The notes under the pieces: model-generated
Told to the model about the DNA's origin: nothing
The model's database searches: none
The model's input: only the letters and a program-made list of their open reading frames with translations
Position numbers and translations under genes: made by a program
Shown: in pieces, positions 24,957 through 38,592 of the stretch
Numbering within the stretch: the first letter of the stretch is position 1
Layout: the number at the start of each line of letters is the position of its first letter
Assembly: GCA_964016885.1 (NCBI GenBank)
Contig: CAXHJY010000130.1
Span: forward strand, 1 to 64,000
Direction of reading: 5' to 3'
DNA: 64,000 nt
Source: Eledone cirrhosa
Lineage: Eukaryota

Positions 24957-25192
24957 GAAAAAACGAGGTGGTTTCGTTTACATATGAAAAATACTTATTT
25001 CGTATCGACCTGTTACGCGCGTTTCGCAGAGGATTGGCTCAAGATGACACATAGGAATTATTGACCCGACTCCAGTATCAATCTGCCCCTCAGACTGGTG
25101 ATGCGATATATGTATATATATATATACGTATATGAAAAGAGTCAGGACCCCGACGGCTGAGCTCCGGCCTTTTCGACAGCTAGATGCGAACT

Positions 25193-25253
<61 letters not shown>

Positions 25254-25340
25254 ATAATAATAAAATTGAAGACTAAAATCCAAAGAGGGCTCGATAAGGA
25301 AAATATATATCAAATATATAAGAACCGTAGAGCAAATATT

Positions 25341-25481
25341 TATTAAAATAACAGATTAAAGTTTAAGCAAAGAATCGCTGCTTTCACCCTTAACGGGATC
25401 TTCTGAAACCCCGTTTCAGAAGATCCCGTTAAGGGTGAAAGCAGCGATTCTTTGCTTAAACTTTAATCTGTTATTTTAATA
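25341..25481. repeat. Perfect foldback (69-bp arms, 3-nt loop) of the CAGAAGA family
   Basis: ...gggatcttctgaaac-ccc-gtttcagaagatccc... Confidence 0.92.
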
Positions 25482-25482
25482 A

Positions 25483-25538
<56 letters not shown>

Positions 25539-25902
25539 CATGTGTGTGTGTGTGTGTGTGTGTAAATATGTATATGTATGTATGTTATCACAATACCTTC
25601 CTAGGAGATGGAAACTCTGAATAAAAAGCATGCGACTTCGAAATCATCCGATGATGTTCACCAGTTTTTCCTTTTCGGGCAGTGTTTTCGATGCTCAGAA
25701 TGGGATTGGTCGAGTGCAAGGCCTTTCCCCACTTAAAAAAGCCTTCAAAACACAGGCATTGCTTGTTCAGGATATGTTACAGGTTTGTGTGGCTGGCCGT
25801 AGCCTAAAAGTGCACCAAACTCTATTATCTGACAAGTGATTTACTCTTAATAGAGTTTGCATCCATCATGTATGTATGTATGTATGTATGTATGTATGTA
25901 TG

Positions 25903-26378
25903 TTCTTCTGGTTTTATAATTTCACAATTTTTTTCCCAATAAGGAGAGAGTCGGTTTCTAACATAGACACAAGACTCTCTTATTGGAATTTACACAACAT
26001 CAACTAGGGAGATTATGTATGCATGTGTAGATATGGATGTTATTGTATGTGTGGATGTGTATGTTTTAATTGTATGTGTGCATGTGTATATGCTTTGCAT
26101 CTGTACATGTGTATATGCAGTTATTAGATGCACAATCTTTGGAATGTTTTACAAATTTTTACTGTTCCATTAATGGATTGTACTTGTAATTCCTAACTAG
26201 TTGTGTTCTTTCTGTTCCTGTGAAGCCTAGCTTCTCAAGATTTGTATTGAGGCAGTTACTAACATACCCCAGTGCCCCAATAATCACAGGCATAAATCTG
26301 AAGGTGTAATCAGGGTGGAGTATCTGCAGATTTCTCATCAGTTCTGCATAAATATTCTCCTTTTCGCTAATCTTTGAT
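25903..26378 (-). mobile_element. 3' fragment of R4/Dong-like LINE family A
   Basis: Near-identical to 29851-30330. Bounded by (ATGT)n on both sides. Confidence 0.85.
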
Positions 26379-26446
26379 TATGTATGTATGTATGTATGTA
26401 TGTATGTATGTATGTATGTATGTATGTATGTATGTATGTATGTATG

Positions 26447-27052
26447 TCAGGTCACCAGTTGGTGCTACTGGTAACATGTATCCCAGTACAACCTGTCTCA
26501 TGGTCGGGTCGTTGGCGACTAAACTGGCAACCCCACCAAGGTTTCTTGGTGAGGAGGGTGACTTTGGACATCCTGCAGGACGAAAAACAAAACCTGTCAA
26601 AGAGCAAAGGAGCTCTTAAGAGTCAATGGCCATCCAAAATCACCGGGAGAGATGACCCCTTAGCCTTTGTCAAGGAAGAATTCTAGGAGAAGGAAAACTC
26701 TTATATAACACCTGCAACTCTGATGGTATCCACTGATGTTGACTTGTTCTTCTTTTTGGTAAATATCATCTTGGTTAAGAGAGTGGGACTGGCTTTGTGC
26801 AGTGCCTTTGCTCACTATAAAAGCTTCACGGAACAGGCATTGCTTTATATCTGGAGATCTCTCTGCACTTGTCGTCACATGGTACCATGGGCCCAGCACT
26901 ATGTGTCAATAATTGTCACAAGTGTAGTGTTTGTACCAGAGTTTTCAAGTCGCTGGCCGAACTAAAAAGTCACACTCGTTCAACGCATCGGTAGGGGTTC
27001 TCCTACATGGATATAAAGTAGTGGCCGTACTCGAAAACGAGTTGGCAGCCAC
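26447..27052 (-). mobile_element. Non-coding non-autonomous element inserted in (ATGT)n (strand inferred)
   Basis: Same termini as 34012-34418. A terminal fragment occurs at 53450-53545. Always abuts (ATGT)n. Confidence 0.8.
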
Positions 27053-27116
27053 TATGTATGTATGTATGTATGTATGTATGTATGTATGTATGTATGTATG
27101 TATGTATGTATGTATG

Positions 27117-29793
27117 TTTCTCTTTCTCTTAATTTCGAGTATATTTTTTTGACCGGCCACCTTCCTGGTGGCAAGGTTGTAAAAGAAAAGAAATTGTCAT
27201 CCCTTGAATCGCAAGAATGTTTTGCAAATTTTGAAGGTGCCAGCTATCGCAGCCATTTGTAAACTATGAATTAGGGAGCTGCGCTTTTTGTCCGCAAATC
27301 CAAGTTCAGTCATACTTTGGTCCAAGCGGGTTGGTATATAACCCGTAGCTCCAATAATGATGGGTATGAAGCTAAAGGTGTATCTTGGATACTGGATTTG
27401 TAAACTCCTCATCAATGGTCCGTAGATGTCCTCCTTCTCCTGTATTTTTCTGACAACGTTTACACAAGTGGGCAGCTGATCTCCACAACAGAACACGTTT
27501 TCAATGTGTGGTCCCAAACAACAATATCAGGCCGGTTGTGCTTTAATTTGATGGCAGTTTTTATTTTCAGGTTCCACCAGTATTCCTTAGTGCCATCTGT
27601 CTCAATATATTCTTCCTCGTTTGTTGTTAATTTTGTTTTCCGAAGTGCGTTCTAGATGGTTCTAGCTATCCCATCGTGTCTCATGGGGAGGTAGTAGCGA
27701 GACGACATTCTTTCGCAGCTGGCAACAATGTGGCTTACATCCTCGATCTTTGTTTTACATAGCCTACATTTATTGTCAGCTGCTGGCCCTCCTCTTTTGT
27801 GCAGCAGATATTTGGTAGGGTGTTCTTGTTCCTGTATTGCATAGAGATATCCCTCAAGGTGTGATGTCATAAACTTGTCGGAACTCCATGCCAGGCTTTT
27901 TGAGTGGTTTATCCCCTCTATGGTCTGTGTTTTACGCCTCAAGTATCCATGCACAACTTTTTCTGTAAATTGGTCAATTTTTTTATCTTGTTTGAATATT
28001 GAATAGGATCTTCCGATTTCTCTGGGTGAGAGATTTATATCAGGCTTTATTCCATATCTCTCCTCCAGATCAGTCGCTATTCTAATGATATTTTTTTTTC
28101 ATGCTCATAAACCTGGGCAAGATGGTTGCCAACCTTTTCCCTCTGTTGAAGGTGTTGCTTCAGTGTTACTATCCGGGTCTCATATGTTGTTAATATTGAT
28201 TTTCGACCCCGGCCACCTTCCTTGCGTGAGAAGTATAGCCTATCCACATCACCATTGATGTTAAAGTTCCCAGTAACACTGAGAAGTTTTCGAGTTCTAA
28301 CATCCATCTCACTTAGTTCTTGCAATGACCAGTTCAGCAGGCCAAATGTTGGCGTTAGAATTGGCACAGCATAAATATTGTGGGCAATGTATTTGTTGCA
28401 TGCTGACAGTTCTGATGACCATATTTTCTTCACTCTTCTGAGGTATTCAGTTCTGGTTCTCTCCTTATTTATGGGTCCATCATATCTGACATTCTCATCC
28501 TGTCCAAGATATCTGTAGTTGTCACCTGACTGCAGAGGTTGTATTGTCAGGCCGTTCATCTCTAGATTTCTAGAGGAGGGCACAGCTCTTCCACGTTTTA
28601 CTGCCAAATATGCACACTTGGACTCACCAAATTTCATTTTGATGTCGGTTGAAAATTGTGTAATGAGGTCCAATTGTTTCTTGATGACATTGATATTTGG
28701 CCCATACAACTTCAGGTCATCAACAAAGAAAAGATGGGAGATACTTCTGGGCCCACTTCTTTGTCCACCTTGTTTCCTGAGTAGGTAAGATAGTGGATTC
28801 AGTGAGAGAACGAAGTGTAGCACTGACAAGCTATCACCCTGAAAGATGCCCTTCTGGTAATGTATCTTATCAGTCTTAACTTGCTCCTTCTCACTTCTAA
28901 GGATCAAATTGGTGTACCAGTTCTTGGTCAGGCGTTCAACAGCAGCTACCAATGGTTGTGGGACTTTAGCTAACTGTAAAGCCTTAATAATCCACCCATG
29001 AGGTACACTAGCAAATGCTTTTTGATAGTCCAGCCACACCACAGTCATGTTTCTGCGATTCTTTGTTGTTTTTTCCTGAATCATTTTGTTAGTTAGTAGG
29101 TGATCTATGCAACCTCACACCTCCCTATTTCCACCAGCTTGCTCAGGTGTTATGATGTTGTTGGTAGCACAGTGATCCTGTAAGAACAGGTTAAGGCACC
29201 CAGTATATAATTTATACATGATGTTTTGGCAGGCTATTGGGCGGTAATTTTTAGCAAGGGTGGTTTGGCTATTTGGGGAATGAGGAGAGTAGTGGCAGTT
29301 GATAACCATCTGGGCAGTTCTTGTGTGCCCTTAATGGTTTCTGTAAACAGCCGTATGAGATCTTGCCGATAGAAAGTGAAATTCTTCAACCAGTATCCTG
29401 TAATGAGGTCTGGGCCTGGCGATTTCCTATTCGACATTTTCTGTAGAGCTGTTTCCAGTATTGACCCATTTATGTCGTATTGTTTTATCTGGACATGTTG
29501 GCAGTAGTCCTGTTCCAGTTCTTTTAGGCAATTAGCTTGTCTGTTGAATCCGTCATCCATTTCCCATACAGATCTCAACCTGTTCTTTTGAAGGGTGTCG
29601 TTTACAGGGATTGAGCTTTTGCCACCGAAGCTGCGATAAACTGATTTAGGATCTCTGGCAAACAATCTATTTAGCACTTGTCGTTTATGTGCTGTTGACT
29701 TATATTTTAGTCTTTCTGTTGTAGCTGTGAGTTGTTGTTTATACTGGTGTAATTTGGAGTTCAAAGTTTTAAATTTGTATCTCCAAATCGTCT
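27117..29793 (-). mobile_element. 5'-truncated R4/Dong-like LINE family B (RT, CCHC, restriction-like endonuclease), frameshifted
   Basis: NYRPIAC, WLDYQKAF.SVPH, GIFQGDSLS, HLFFVDDLKLY, CRLC...HIVASC, RHD, PDIVV, PIIIGATG. (ATGT)n on both sides. Confidence 0.88.
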
Positions 29794-29820
29794 CTGTATG
29801 TATGTATGTATGTATGTATG

Positions 29821-29850
<30 letters not shown>

Positions 29851-29851
<1 letters not shown>

Positions 29852-32800
29852 GTTCTTCTGGTTTTATAATTTCACAATTTTTTACCAATAGAGAAAGAGT
29901 CGGTTTCTAACATAGACACAAGACTCTCTCATTGGAATTTACACAACATCAACTAGGGAGATTATGTCTGCATGTCTGCATGTGTATATATGGATGTTAT
30001 TGTATGTGTGGATGTGGATGTTTTGAGTTGTATGTGTGCATGTGTATATGCCTTGTATCTGTACATGTGTATATGCAGTTATTAGATGTAACATTTTTGG
30101 AATATTTTACATATTTTTACTGTTCCATTAATGGATTGTACTTGTAATTTCCTAACTAGTTGTGTTCTTTCTGTTCCTGTGAAGCCTAGCTTCTCAAGAT
30201 TTGTATTGATTCAGTTACTAACATATCCCAGTGCCCGAATAATCACAGGCTTAAATCTGAAGGTGTAATCAGGGTGGAGTATCTGCAGATCTCTCATCAG
30301 TTCTGCATGAATATTCTACTTTTCGCTAATATTTGATATTATATTGCCATCTGCTGGGAAGCTAATTTCCACTACTGTGCATGTTTTCTTCTCCCTGCCC
30401 CATATCATAATATATGGTCTGTTATTCCTGCATTTTATTGGAGTTTTTACTGGAACATTCCACCAGTACTCTTTCATATTATGTACATGGATGTCTTCCA
30501 CATTACTGTAGCTTTTAATGTGTTTATTATCGGGCTATTTTTTTACGAACTGCATTGTACAGTGTTTTGGCCTCTACAACATGCCTAATGGTAGATAGTA
30601 CCGCGATGACATCTTTGGACAGCTGCTGATGACATGGGTGATATCCTCGATGTTAGTTCTGCAGAGTCTGCTCTTGTTATTGCATCTAGGTGTTTTGCCT
30701 GCATCCCTATCTCTTTTGTGAATCAGGTATTTCGTGTTAATCTCCTGTTCTTGGATTGCAAAAGCGTATCCTTCAAAGTAGGAGCCAATATAGCGGTTGT
30801 TGGTCCAAGATAGACTACTTTCCTTATCTATATTACTCTCACTCTGGAGCTCCCTGGCAACATATCCATTCCATGCATGATTTTTTGCTGACAAGCATGC
30901 AGCTTTTTATCCATGGATTCACTGCGATACTGCTGTGCGACTTCCCTGCGTATGAGTTTTTGATTATCACACAGGGAATATCTCTCGAGGAGTTCCTTCC
31001 CAACTCTCATGATCTTATCTGTTTCATGCAGATAGACTTGCTCGAGAAACGGGCTCCTACGCTTCGAGGTTCGTCGATGTTGTCGGAGAGATATGATGCG
31101 ACATTCAAATGTGTCTGGACTGATGTTAGGCTTCTGCCTCCCTGCTTACGTTTCAAGTAAAGGCGGTCTATGTCACTGCTGATGGGGAAGTTTCCGGTGT
31201 TGTTTAGTATTTTAGTTCCAACATCAACTGCTCGGATTTCGTCTATCGTCCAATTGAGTATTCCAAACGTTGGTGTTAGGACAGGTACAGCAAACACATT
31301 GTGAGACACTGTTTTGCACGGAGAGTTCCGATGATCAGATCTTTCTTAATCGGGTGTAGTATTCCCTGGTTACGCGTTCTTTATTACAGATACCATTATA
31401 GGATATGTTCTCATCTATCCCCAGGTATCTGTAGCAGTCCTCATCAGATATCGGTGAAACAGTTAGGTCATTGATGACAATGTTGCTAGATTGAGTTGTT
31501 GTTTTACCCCGCTTTACAGTCACGTATGCACATTTATCTTGGCCAAACTCCATTCCTATATCCTTTGAGAATGTTGTAACCAGGTCAAAATTTTTCTTCA
31601 CTCCATCCATGTTCTTGGCATAGAGTTTCAGATCGTCCACAAAGAAATTATGGGGTAGGTTCGTATTTCTGTCCTCCTGTGAGCCAATTATGTATCCCTC
31701 ACATTTCTTGAGCAGAAAGGACAAGGGGTTTAATGACAAGATGAATAATATCACAGAGAGACTTTCCCCCTGAAATATACCTCTACAATATTTTATTTTA
31801 TCAGTGAAAATAGAGTCCTCCCTCTCTGTCTTTAACCTTAGGATAGTATCCCAAGAAGAAGACAGCCTCTCTATGGCTCTGACAATAATGTCTGGGACTT
31901 TAGCAAGTTGGAGGGCCTCTATCATCGAAGAGTGGGGAACAGAATCGAAAGCTTTCCTGTAGTCCAGCCAGACTGTAGTCATATTCCTCCTAAGTTGTCG
32001 CACCTCCGACATCGCAGTTTTGTTGATTAGGAGTTGTTCAGCACATCCCCAAACCCCTTTCTTTCCAGCTGCTTGTTCATCTGTGATGATGTTATTATTT
32101 TCACAGTGATGTTGGAGGAATAGGTTCAGGCAGGCTGTATACATCTTATACATCAGGTCCTGGCATGCAATGGGTCGGTAGTTTTTTGTCAAGTGGGTGT
32201 ATTTGTTCTTGGGGACCAGTAATGTTTGTGCTAATGTCAACCATTCTGGTATAAGTGTATCTCCATTAAGAACTTGTTGGTAGAGGTCAGTAAGATACCT
32301 CCGATAGAATATCAATTTTTTGTACCAGTAGCCGACAATCATGTCTCTTCCTGGTATTTTTTTATCTTGGAGTTTTTCTATCACAGTCTCAAGGGTACCC
32401 TCACTTATTTCGTATGTTTTTGTTGTAGTGTAGGAGTAATAATTCTTTCGGATTTCTCTTAGCCACACTGCATCTTGGTTGAAATTCTTTTTTTTTACCC
32501 CATATTTTTCTCCAAAAGGAATCTATGTCTTTCTGGGATGGGGCCTCAGTGACACTTATTATTTTGTCCTTTATATCTCTATAGACTGATGTTTGGTTTC
32601 GTCTGAATCTTTTATTAAGCACTTTTCTCTCATCTACCTTCTTCAGGTATCGACGTTTTTCGCTAACAGCTCTCAATTATTGTTTGAGGGTGATCAGCTT
32701 ATATTGAAGACTTCTGGTTCTACTGTTACCAAACATCGTCTCTATTTTATTTTTAACTCTTTGTTGGTGAGGACTGAGGTTTGTTTGTGTTTGTTTGCAT

Positions 32801-33942
32801 GTAAGGAGCATTGTCACATATCCTATGGTTTTTCGTAGGTCAGCAATCTTTTTTTCTATTTTAGTTATATATGATGGTATTTTTGGTGGTGTTCTGTTCT
32901 TGTTAATATCTCTGCTATTACCAAGATAATGCTTCATTGTCGTTGCTAGGGCATATAAATAGGCGTTGATTTGCCAAAATGTTGGGGTTTTTATCCGTCG
33001 TAAATATTCATCACCTATTTCGTCAATAACACGTAATATTTCATTATTTGGTTTTTATTAAACATTGTCGTTTTAATACGTTCAGCAAGAGAGATATTTA
33101 TACATGAATTAATTTCTCTCTGGAAGATTTCGTTGAGGGAAATTTTCAATTGTTTATACTTTCGATTATCATCATTATCGATAGTATTTCCCACAACAGT
33201 CGAGGTAGACTCGGATGGTACACGTGGTGTCAAATTTCTTCGATTATTATCGATAGTGTTTTCCCCAGCATTCGAGGTAGACTTAGATGGTACAGGTGGT
33301 GTCAAGTTTCTTACAGACATAGTTATTTCAAGGCGCTGTTCGACCTGGCTGCTAGGAAGTCTAGTAGCATGGCGACTTGTAGCACGTTTTGTTGATAACA
33401 TGTTTGTTGTGGGGAACTTACAATTAATAATATTTATCTTATTTTTACGTTCAACAAACGTCGCTTGTTCGCGTAATCGTTTCGCTGTGAAATAATTTAG
33501 CTCTGGGTGCATTTCGTCCCAGTGTAGCTTCATTCTATTCATATAGCCAATGGAGGGAATGTTTTTTGCCATTTTATAACAATTAAATAAATCATTATTA
33601 AGTTCGCAACTCCAAGAGAAATGCGATTTATAATTTCGGTTTCTTCTGTAGCTACAACTGAATAAAGTTTATTTACCTTTCTTTTTGGTTGTCTTCGGTA
33701 CTTCCTTAATTTTGTTGTTGATGTTGTGTCCAGCCATGCTGTTTGTAGCAAATCCTTGTAAAATGAATTATGTAATTAGTCGGATATCTCTACGAATTCG
33801 AATATACTTCAGAAGATATAGTTAGAAGAATAACCAGTTATTCAACATGACTGTAGTTGTGGCATTACTGTCGGAGATAGTATTCATCTTAAATTTAATA
33901 AATAGTCTCCCACGCCAAAATATGCGACTGATCGCGTTGACT
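29851..33942 (-). mobile_element. Apparently full-length R4/Dong-like LINE family A, degraded by frameshifts
   Basis: N-terminal GYMNRMKLHW...LREQ; RT WLDYRKAFDSVPH, GIFQG.SLS, FFVDDLKLY; RLC..HVISSC; RLE tail. (ATGT)n on both sides. Confidence 0.9.
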
Positions 33943-34011
33943 GTATGTATGTATGTATGTATGTATGTATGTATGTATGTATGTATGTATGTATGTATGT
34001 ATGTATGTATG

Positions 34012-34418
34012 TCAGGTTACCAGTTGGTGCTACTGGTAACATGTATCCCAGTACAACCTGACTCATTGTCGGGTCGTTGGCGACTAAACTGGCAACCCCA
34101 CCAAGGTTTCTTGGTGAGGAGGGTGACTTTGGACATCCTGCAGGACTAAAAACAAAACCTGTCAAAGGAGCTCTTAAGAGTCAATGGCTATCCAAAATAA
34201 CCGGGAGAGATGACCCCTTAGCCTTTGTCAAGGCAGAATTCTAGGAGAAGGAACACTCTGATATAACACCTGCAACTCTGATGGTATCCAATGATGTTGA
34301 CTTGTTCTTCTTTTTGGTAAATATCATCTTGGTTAAGAGAGTGGGACTGGCTTTGTGCAGTGCCTTTGCTCACTATAAAAGCTTCACGGCACTCGAAAAC
34401 GAGTTGGCAGCCACCACC
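34012..34418 (-). mobile_element. Second copy of the (ATGT)n-inserted non-coding element, with a ~200-bp internal deletion
   Basis: Aligns with 26447-26829 and then jumps to 27028-27052. Confidence 0.8.
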
Positions 34419-34734
34419 ATGTATGTATGTATGTATGTATGTATGTATGTATGTATGTATGTATGTATGTATGTATGTATGTATGTATGTATGTATGTAT
34501 GTATGTATGTGGGTAGTAAGAATCGACCTTTTACTACCGTTATGAAAGTTCATTCACTTACTTTCAGATCTTCTTATATCATTGCACCAATATAAGTGTA
34601 CATACACGCATGGTATTTGGATACATTCCGTCTTGATAATTTCTTACTCTTGAATTATTGTATTGAGTCTCCTAATAAAAATACTTCAATTTTAAGTTAG
34701 TAGAGCTGACTTTAGCTTATAACAGTGACTATTT

Positions 34735-35000
34735 TTAGCACTCTGGTTGACCTGTGCATTTGTCAGACAATATGATTAATAATTTTACATATTAATCTAC
34801 ATGTTAATATACGTGCTTCTTCTCCTAAATGTTATTAGAATTTCTTCATGTTAGACCAAAGGCGCTGATAGTTCTAGCAATCCCGTTGGCCTGCCTGTAT
34901 CCTTATATTATAACGTATTCACCATATCCGTTCATATTCTAGCGCTCTGGTTGACCTATACATTTGTCAGACAATATGATTAATAATTTTACGTAGTAAT
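34735..35000 (+). repeat. Imperfect ~55-bp direct repeat, about 205 bp apart
   Basis: agc(a/g)ctctggttgacct...catttgtcagacaatatgattaataattttac at ~34737 and ~34941. Confidence 0.7.
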
Positions 35001-35534
35001 CAAAATTTTAATATATATATTTATATATCTATATAATTCAAACTTTAACAAAACGAAGGATAGTGTTATTATCATTTATTTATACATTGCTGCGGATGTT
35101 TCAATGCGGCTAGAATATTACGTCCATTTGTGGAGAGAACTGGATACTACCAGTTAATTATTTACTCCATTATAGGTGCTTTATTCAAACTGTATCTCTT
35201 CAGGAAATATATATAATAAAAAATAACAATAAACTAATTACAATCATAAGACAAATTTTTAAGAATATTAGAGGATTCAAAGCAAGGTGCATTCAAGCAT
35301 GGAATATAAAATTTCAAGTGTAAAGCAAAAGTTTGCGTACGTTTTCTGACGCAAAATTATAAATTTATCAGTGTTTTTTTTTTCAGAAGCATGTTAAAAT
35401 ATGTGAAAGCTTTGAATTTGTTACAGCAGGGGTTGTTAAACAAATAGGGAAATAAATAATTTTCTATATAGATAATAAACATAATCACAAGGAACCTTCT
35501 GTGGGGTAATTAAAACAAAATATATACAATATAC

Positions 35535-36250
35535 AAGTGGTACGCGATGGGGCCCACCCACAGCCCCGGCGGACAGGATGGAGAAGGCGTTTCCCCGGAG
35601 GACGGCGAGGGAGACGCGCTGGAAGAGCCACTCTAACTCGCGGGGCTCACACCTGCGGCTGGCCGGCTCAGTGCCTATGGTGGTGAGTAAGGAGGTAGCC
35701 CTGGGGCCGAGGACACCAGAAGTCTCCACTGCCAGGGGTACGATCGCAAACCTGTCGGAGAGCGACCGGTAATTGAGGAGTTTGGCCCCCTCAGCCCGAC
35801 GTGCAGCAGAATCTGGGTCGGTCGCAGACTGCACCAGGTTGCGGCTGCAGAAAGTGTCGGTACAAGTGGCATCCCAGACGAGGGGTTTGCCACCGCGGAA
35901 CGGGAAGATGGTCATGTCATCTGGCCTTTTGCCATCTCCTCGATCCAGTCCCACTGGCTCGAGCTGGGAAGGGAAGCCTGCAGAGTCCAAGCCCCGTTGA
36001 GGGCAGTATGGCGTGGAATGCGGCCGGCACTGTGGAGACAGGAAAGCGGGTGGAGGCCGAAAGAGTCCACGGTGGAACCGCAGCGACATTGGTGTGGCTG
36101 GCAGATCCGGAGGCCGAGCCTCAGGGAAACCCTGATGCGCAGGCTATGGTTGTCTAGTTGCGTGCCAGTGGAGAAGGAGGGCAGGGCATGGAGCCAGGCA
36201 CCACTGTGGGGTTTGGAGGCCGTACGAAAACAAGCAAGGTGGTAGGACAG
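35535..36250 (-). mobile_element. 5'-truncated CRE-like retrotransposon copy
   Basis: Highly similar to 16082-16720 and 48900-49620 ([22 protein letters not shown]). Confidence 0.82.
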
Positions 36251-36474
36251 TACGTTCAGTTGTTTATCATAGAATGATTTTAAAATATTTAGATTTTGGT
36301 TAGTCCAATATCTCATGTAAGTACAAATGATTATATATATATGCAGTTAAAAATGTTTTCCCATATATTTTTCAAAGCATATATATGGAGTTACCTATTA
36401 TTTTTCTAATCGATTCTAGAATAAAAATAATTTTATACGCCTAACACGCTCATACACATACGCGCGCGCACGCA

Positions 36475-36566
<92 letters not shown>

Positions 36567-36924
36567 CACGTGTTGTTTAGTATAAATTACTGGTTTTAGT
36601 TTTGCTTTAATATTTATTATTTCGTGTTGTTTAGTTTTACTTTAATCTTGTGTTATCTGTTTTAAACTCTGTCTCACCGAGATGTTACATATACTGCAAT
36701 ACATTTTGATATCCATCAACATGAAAACTGACTTAACGTTTTGCTGCCATTGGAGAAGCGTCCTGTTAGCCGACTCCAAACCATTGGTTCCTGACATCCC
36801 ACAAAAACCACTTTAATTCCACCCGGCTCAAGTGTGTGCGTGCGTTAAGCACATCGAAACTTCACGTCAACCATTGAAATACCTACATCAGACACGCAAC
36901 ATATATCAAATGTCACTAAATACA

Positions 36925-37330
36925 CCAATTGAGCATTTAATTGACCAGCAACATCAGATACAGAAAAGAAGAGCTGCTAGATTAATAGTGTCACATACTT
37001 GGATGCAAACTACCTCTGTCGTTAACTTATTGAACCATTTCATGACCTCAACTAACTGATGGTGTCTTCTCTATTATTTGTACTAAATAGCTAACTGGAC
37101 ACAGATAAACAATGTTTTCCGGTTGATATAGCATCCTGTTTATATTCTCTCACCAACTCAAAATGTATTTCCCTTTTCCTTATTTCTCCAAACATACCAA
37201 ACCACGTTTAATTATTTAATTATATTACTTTTTACATTCAGAGAATTAAATACATCCTTTCCTGGCAACATGTTTTCCGTCTGCAAACCTACAGTAAAGT
37301 AAATGGTCCATTGTTTCAAGCCCCATGTTA
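36925..37330 (+). mobile_element. Old LINE RT C-terminal remnant (CR1/L2/Jockey-type)
   Basis: QIQKRRAARLIV...TSVVNLLNH resembles the E.VQRRAAR...SVT.ML..L motif. Very degraded. Confidence 0.4.
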
Positions 37331-37908
37331 TCTCTACACTATATATAATATACCCCCATGACAGCTTTTACATGTCAATTTCATACATCTGCTTCGCATC
37401 GGTTCGTTTTACATGCTAAAGTCATCAGTATACTCTATGTCTTACTTAGATTGATGTTGTGATTATTTTAACTATTTACGGTCTAGCTAATTTATTTGAG
37501 TATTGTTATTATTGTTCTGATTTAATGCCACTACTATATATAGAAGCCATGCCTGTGTATTTCCTTCATTCTCGCATGCTCTGATGAATTGATTGGTTAT
37601 AACAAAGTATTGGTGATCGATTGACGCAAAAACAGGCGGGTAGCGATCTCTAGACCTACCAGTTCAGAGAAACAATTGTCAGCAATGTGAATAAAGCCCT
37701 TATTGTATAGCAAACCATGTCACTCTTCTTTCTTGATTTATTATTACTCCAAGTGTAAACTACATAGAAATCACCGCGTACTAGCATCACTATGGAAACG
37801 TCTTGTTGAGTTAAACTTAGCGAAGCGTTAATACTATCCAATACTCGGACTACCCTAACTGGACTACCTATAACAATAATTTTTTATCCCGTATATATAT
37901 ATATATAT

Positions 37909-38502
37909 CTGACGAGGGACTAATTTTATCATATGTAACCCATGTGCAACCACGCAGTATTCTTCTTTCTTCTCATGTTTTTTATACATATTTACCTCGG
38001 CTGCGTTTGTCTGTTTCTCTCTTACTGCTTCCCCATTCTCTCTGTTTCTCTCACCTTCTTTCGCCCCCTCTGTCAGTTACACTTTCTCTCGACTGACCTC
38101 TTCCTCGCACTTCCACTCACTCACTCTCTGTTTCTCCCCTTCTCACTTCCTCCCGTTTGGCTAGTAGTGGGGTCTTTTCTTGCTCACATCTCACTCACGT
38201 CGGACGGTCTGTATCTTGATCGCTCATGAAATCCACCTAGCTTTTGCTGACCGGATAACCATGTTGCTTGTTTATTTTCCTATCTTCGGTTTGCTTTTAT
38301 CCTTCTATGTTGTTTACTTGTCTCACTCGCTTTACGCGACTCACTTGTCCCAATAGCTTTTTTTAGTTATTGCTCGCACCAACCTGAGGTATATGATTTT
38401 TAATGCGATGAAATATCAATGATGGTTGGCAAATCACTGACGAGGGACTAATTTTATCATATGTAACCCATGTGCAACCACGCAGTATTCTTCTTTCTTC
38501 TC

Positions 38503-38512
<10 letters not shown>
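37909..38512 (+). mobile_element. Non-coding ~529-bp unit with ~75-bp terminal direct repeat; diverged relative of 8425-9450
   Basis: ctgacgagggactaattttatcatatgtaacccatgtgcaaccacgcagtattc at 37909 and 38438. Shares gctcgcaccaacc..gaggtatatg..gcgatgaaata with the 8.5-kb element. (TA)n flanks. Confidence 0.8.

Positions 38513-38592
<80 letters not shown>

Noticed and set aside
27015-27052. Possible HDV-like ribozyme at the 5' end of the (TACA)n element or the R4-like LINE (33942)
   Set aside because: Only a simple hairpin is visible; the P1.1/P2/P3 nested pseudoknot could not be drawn.
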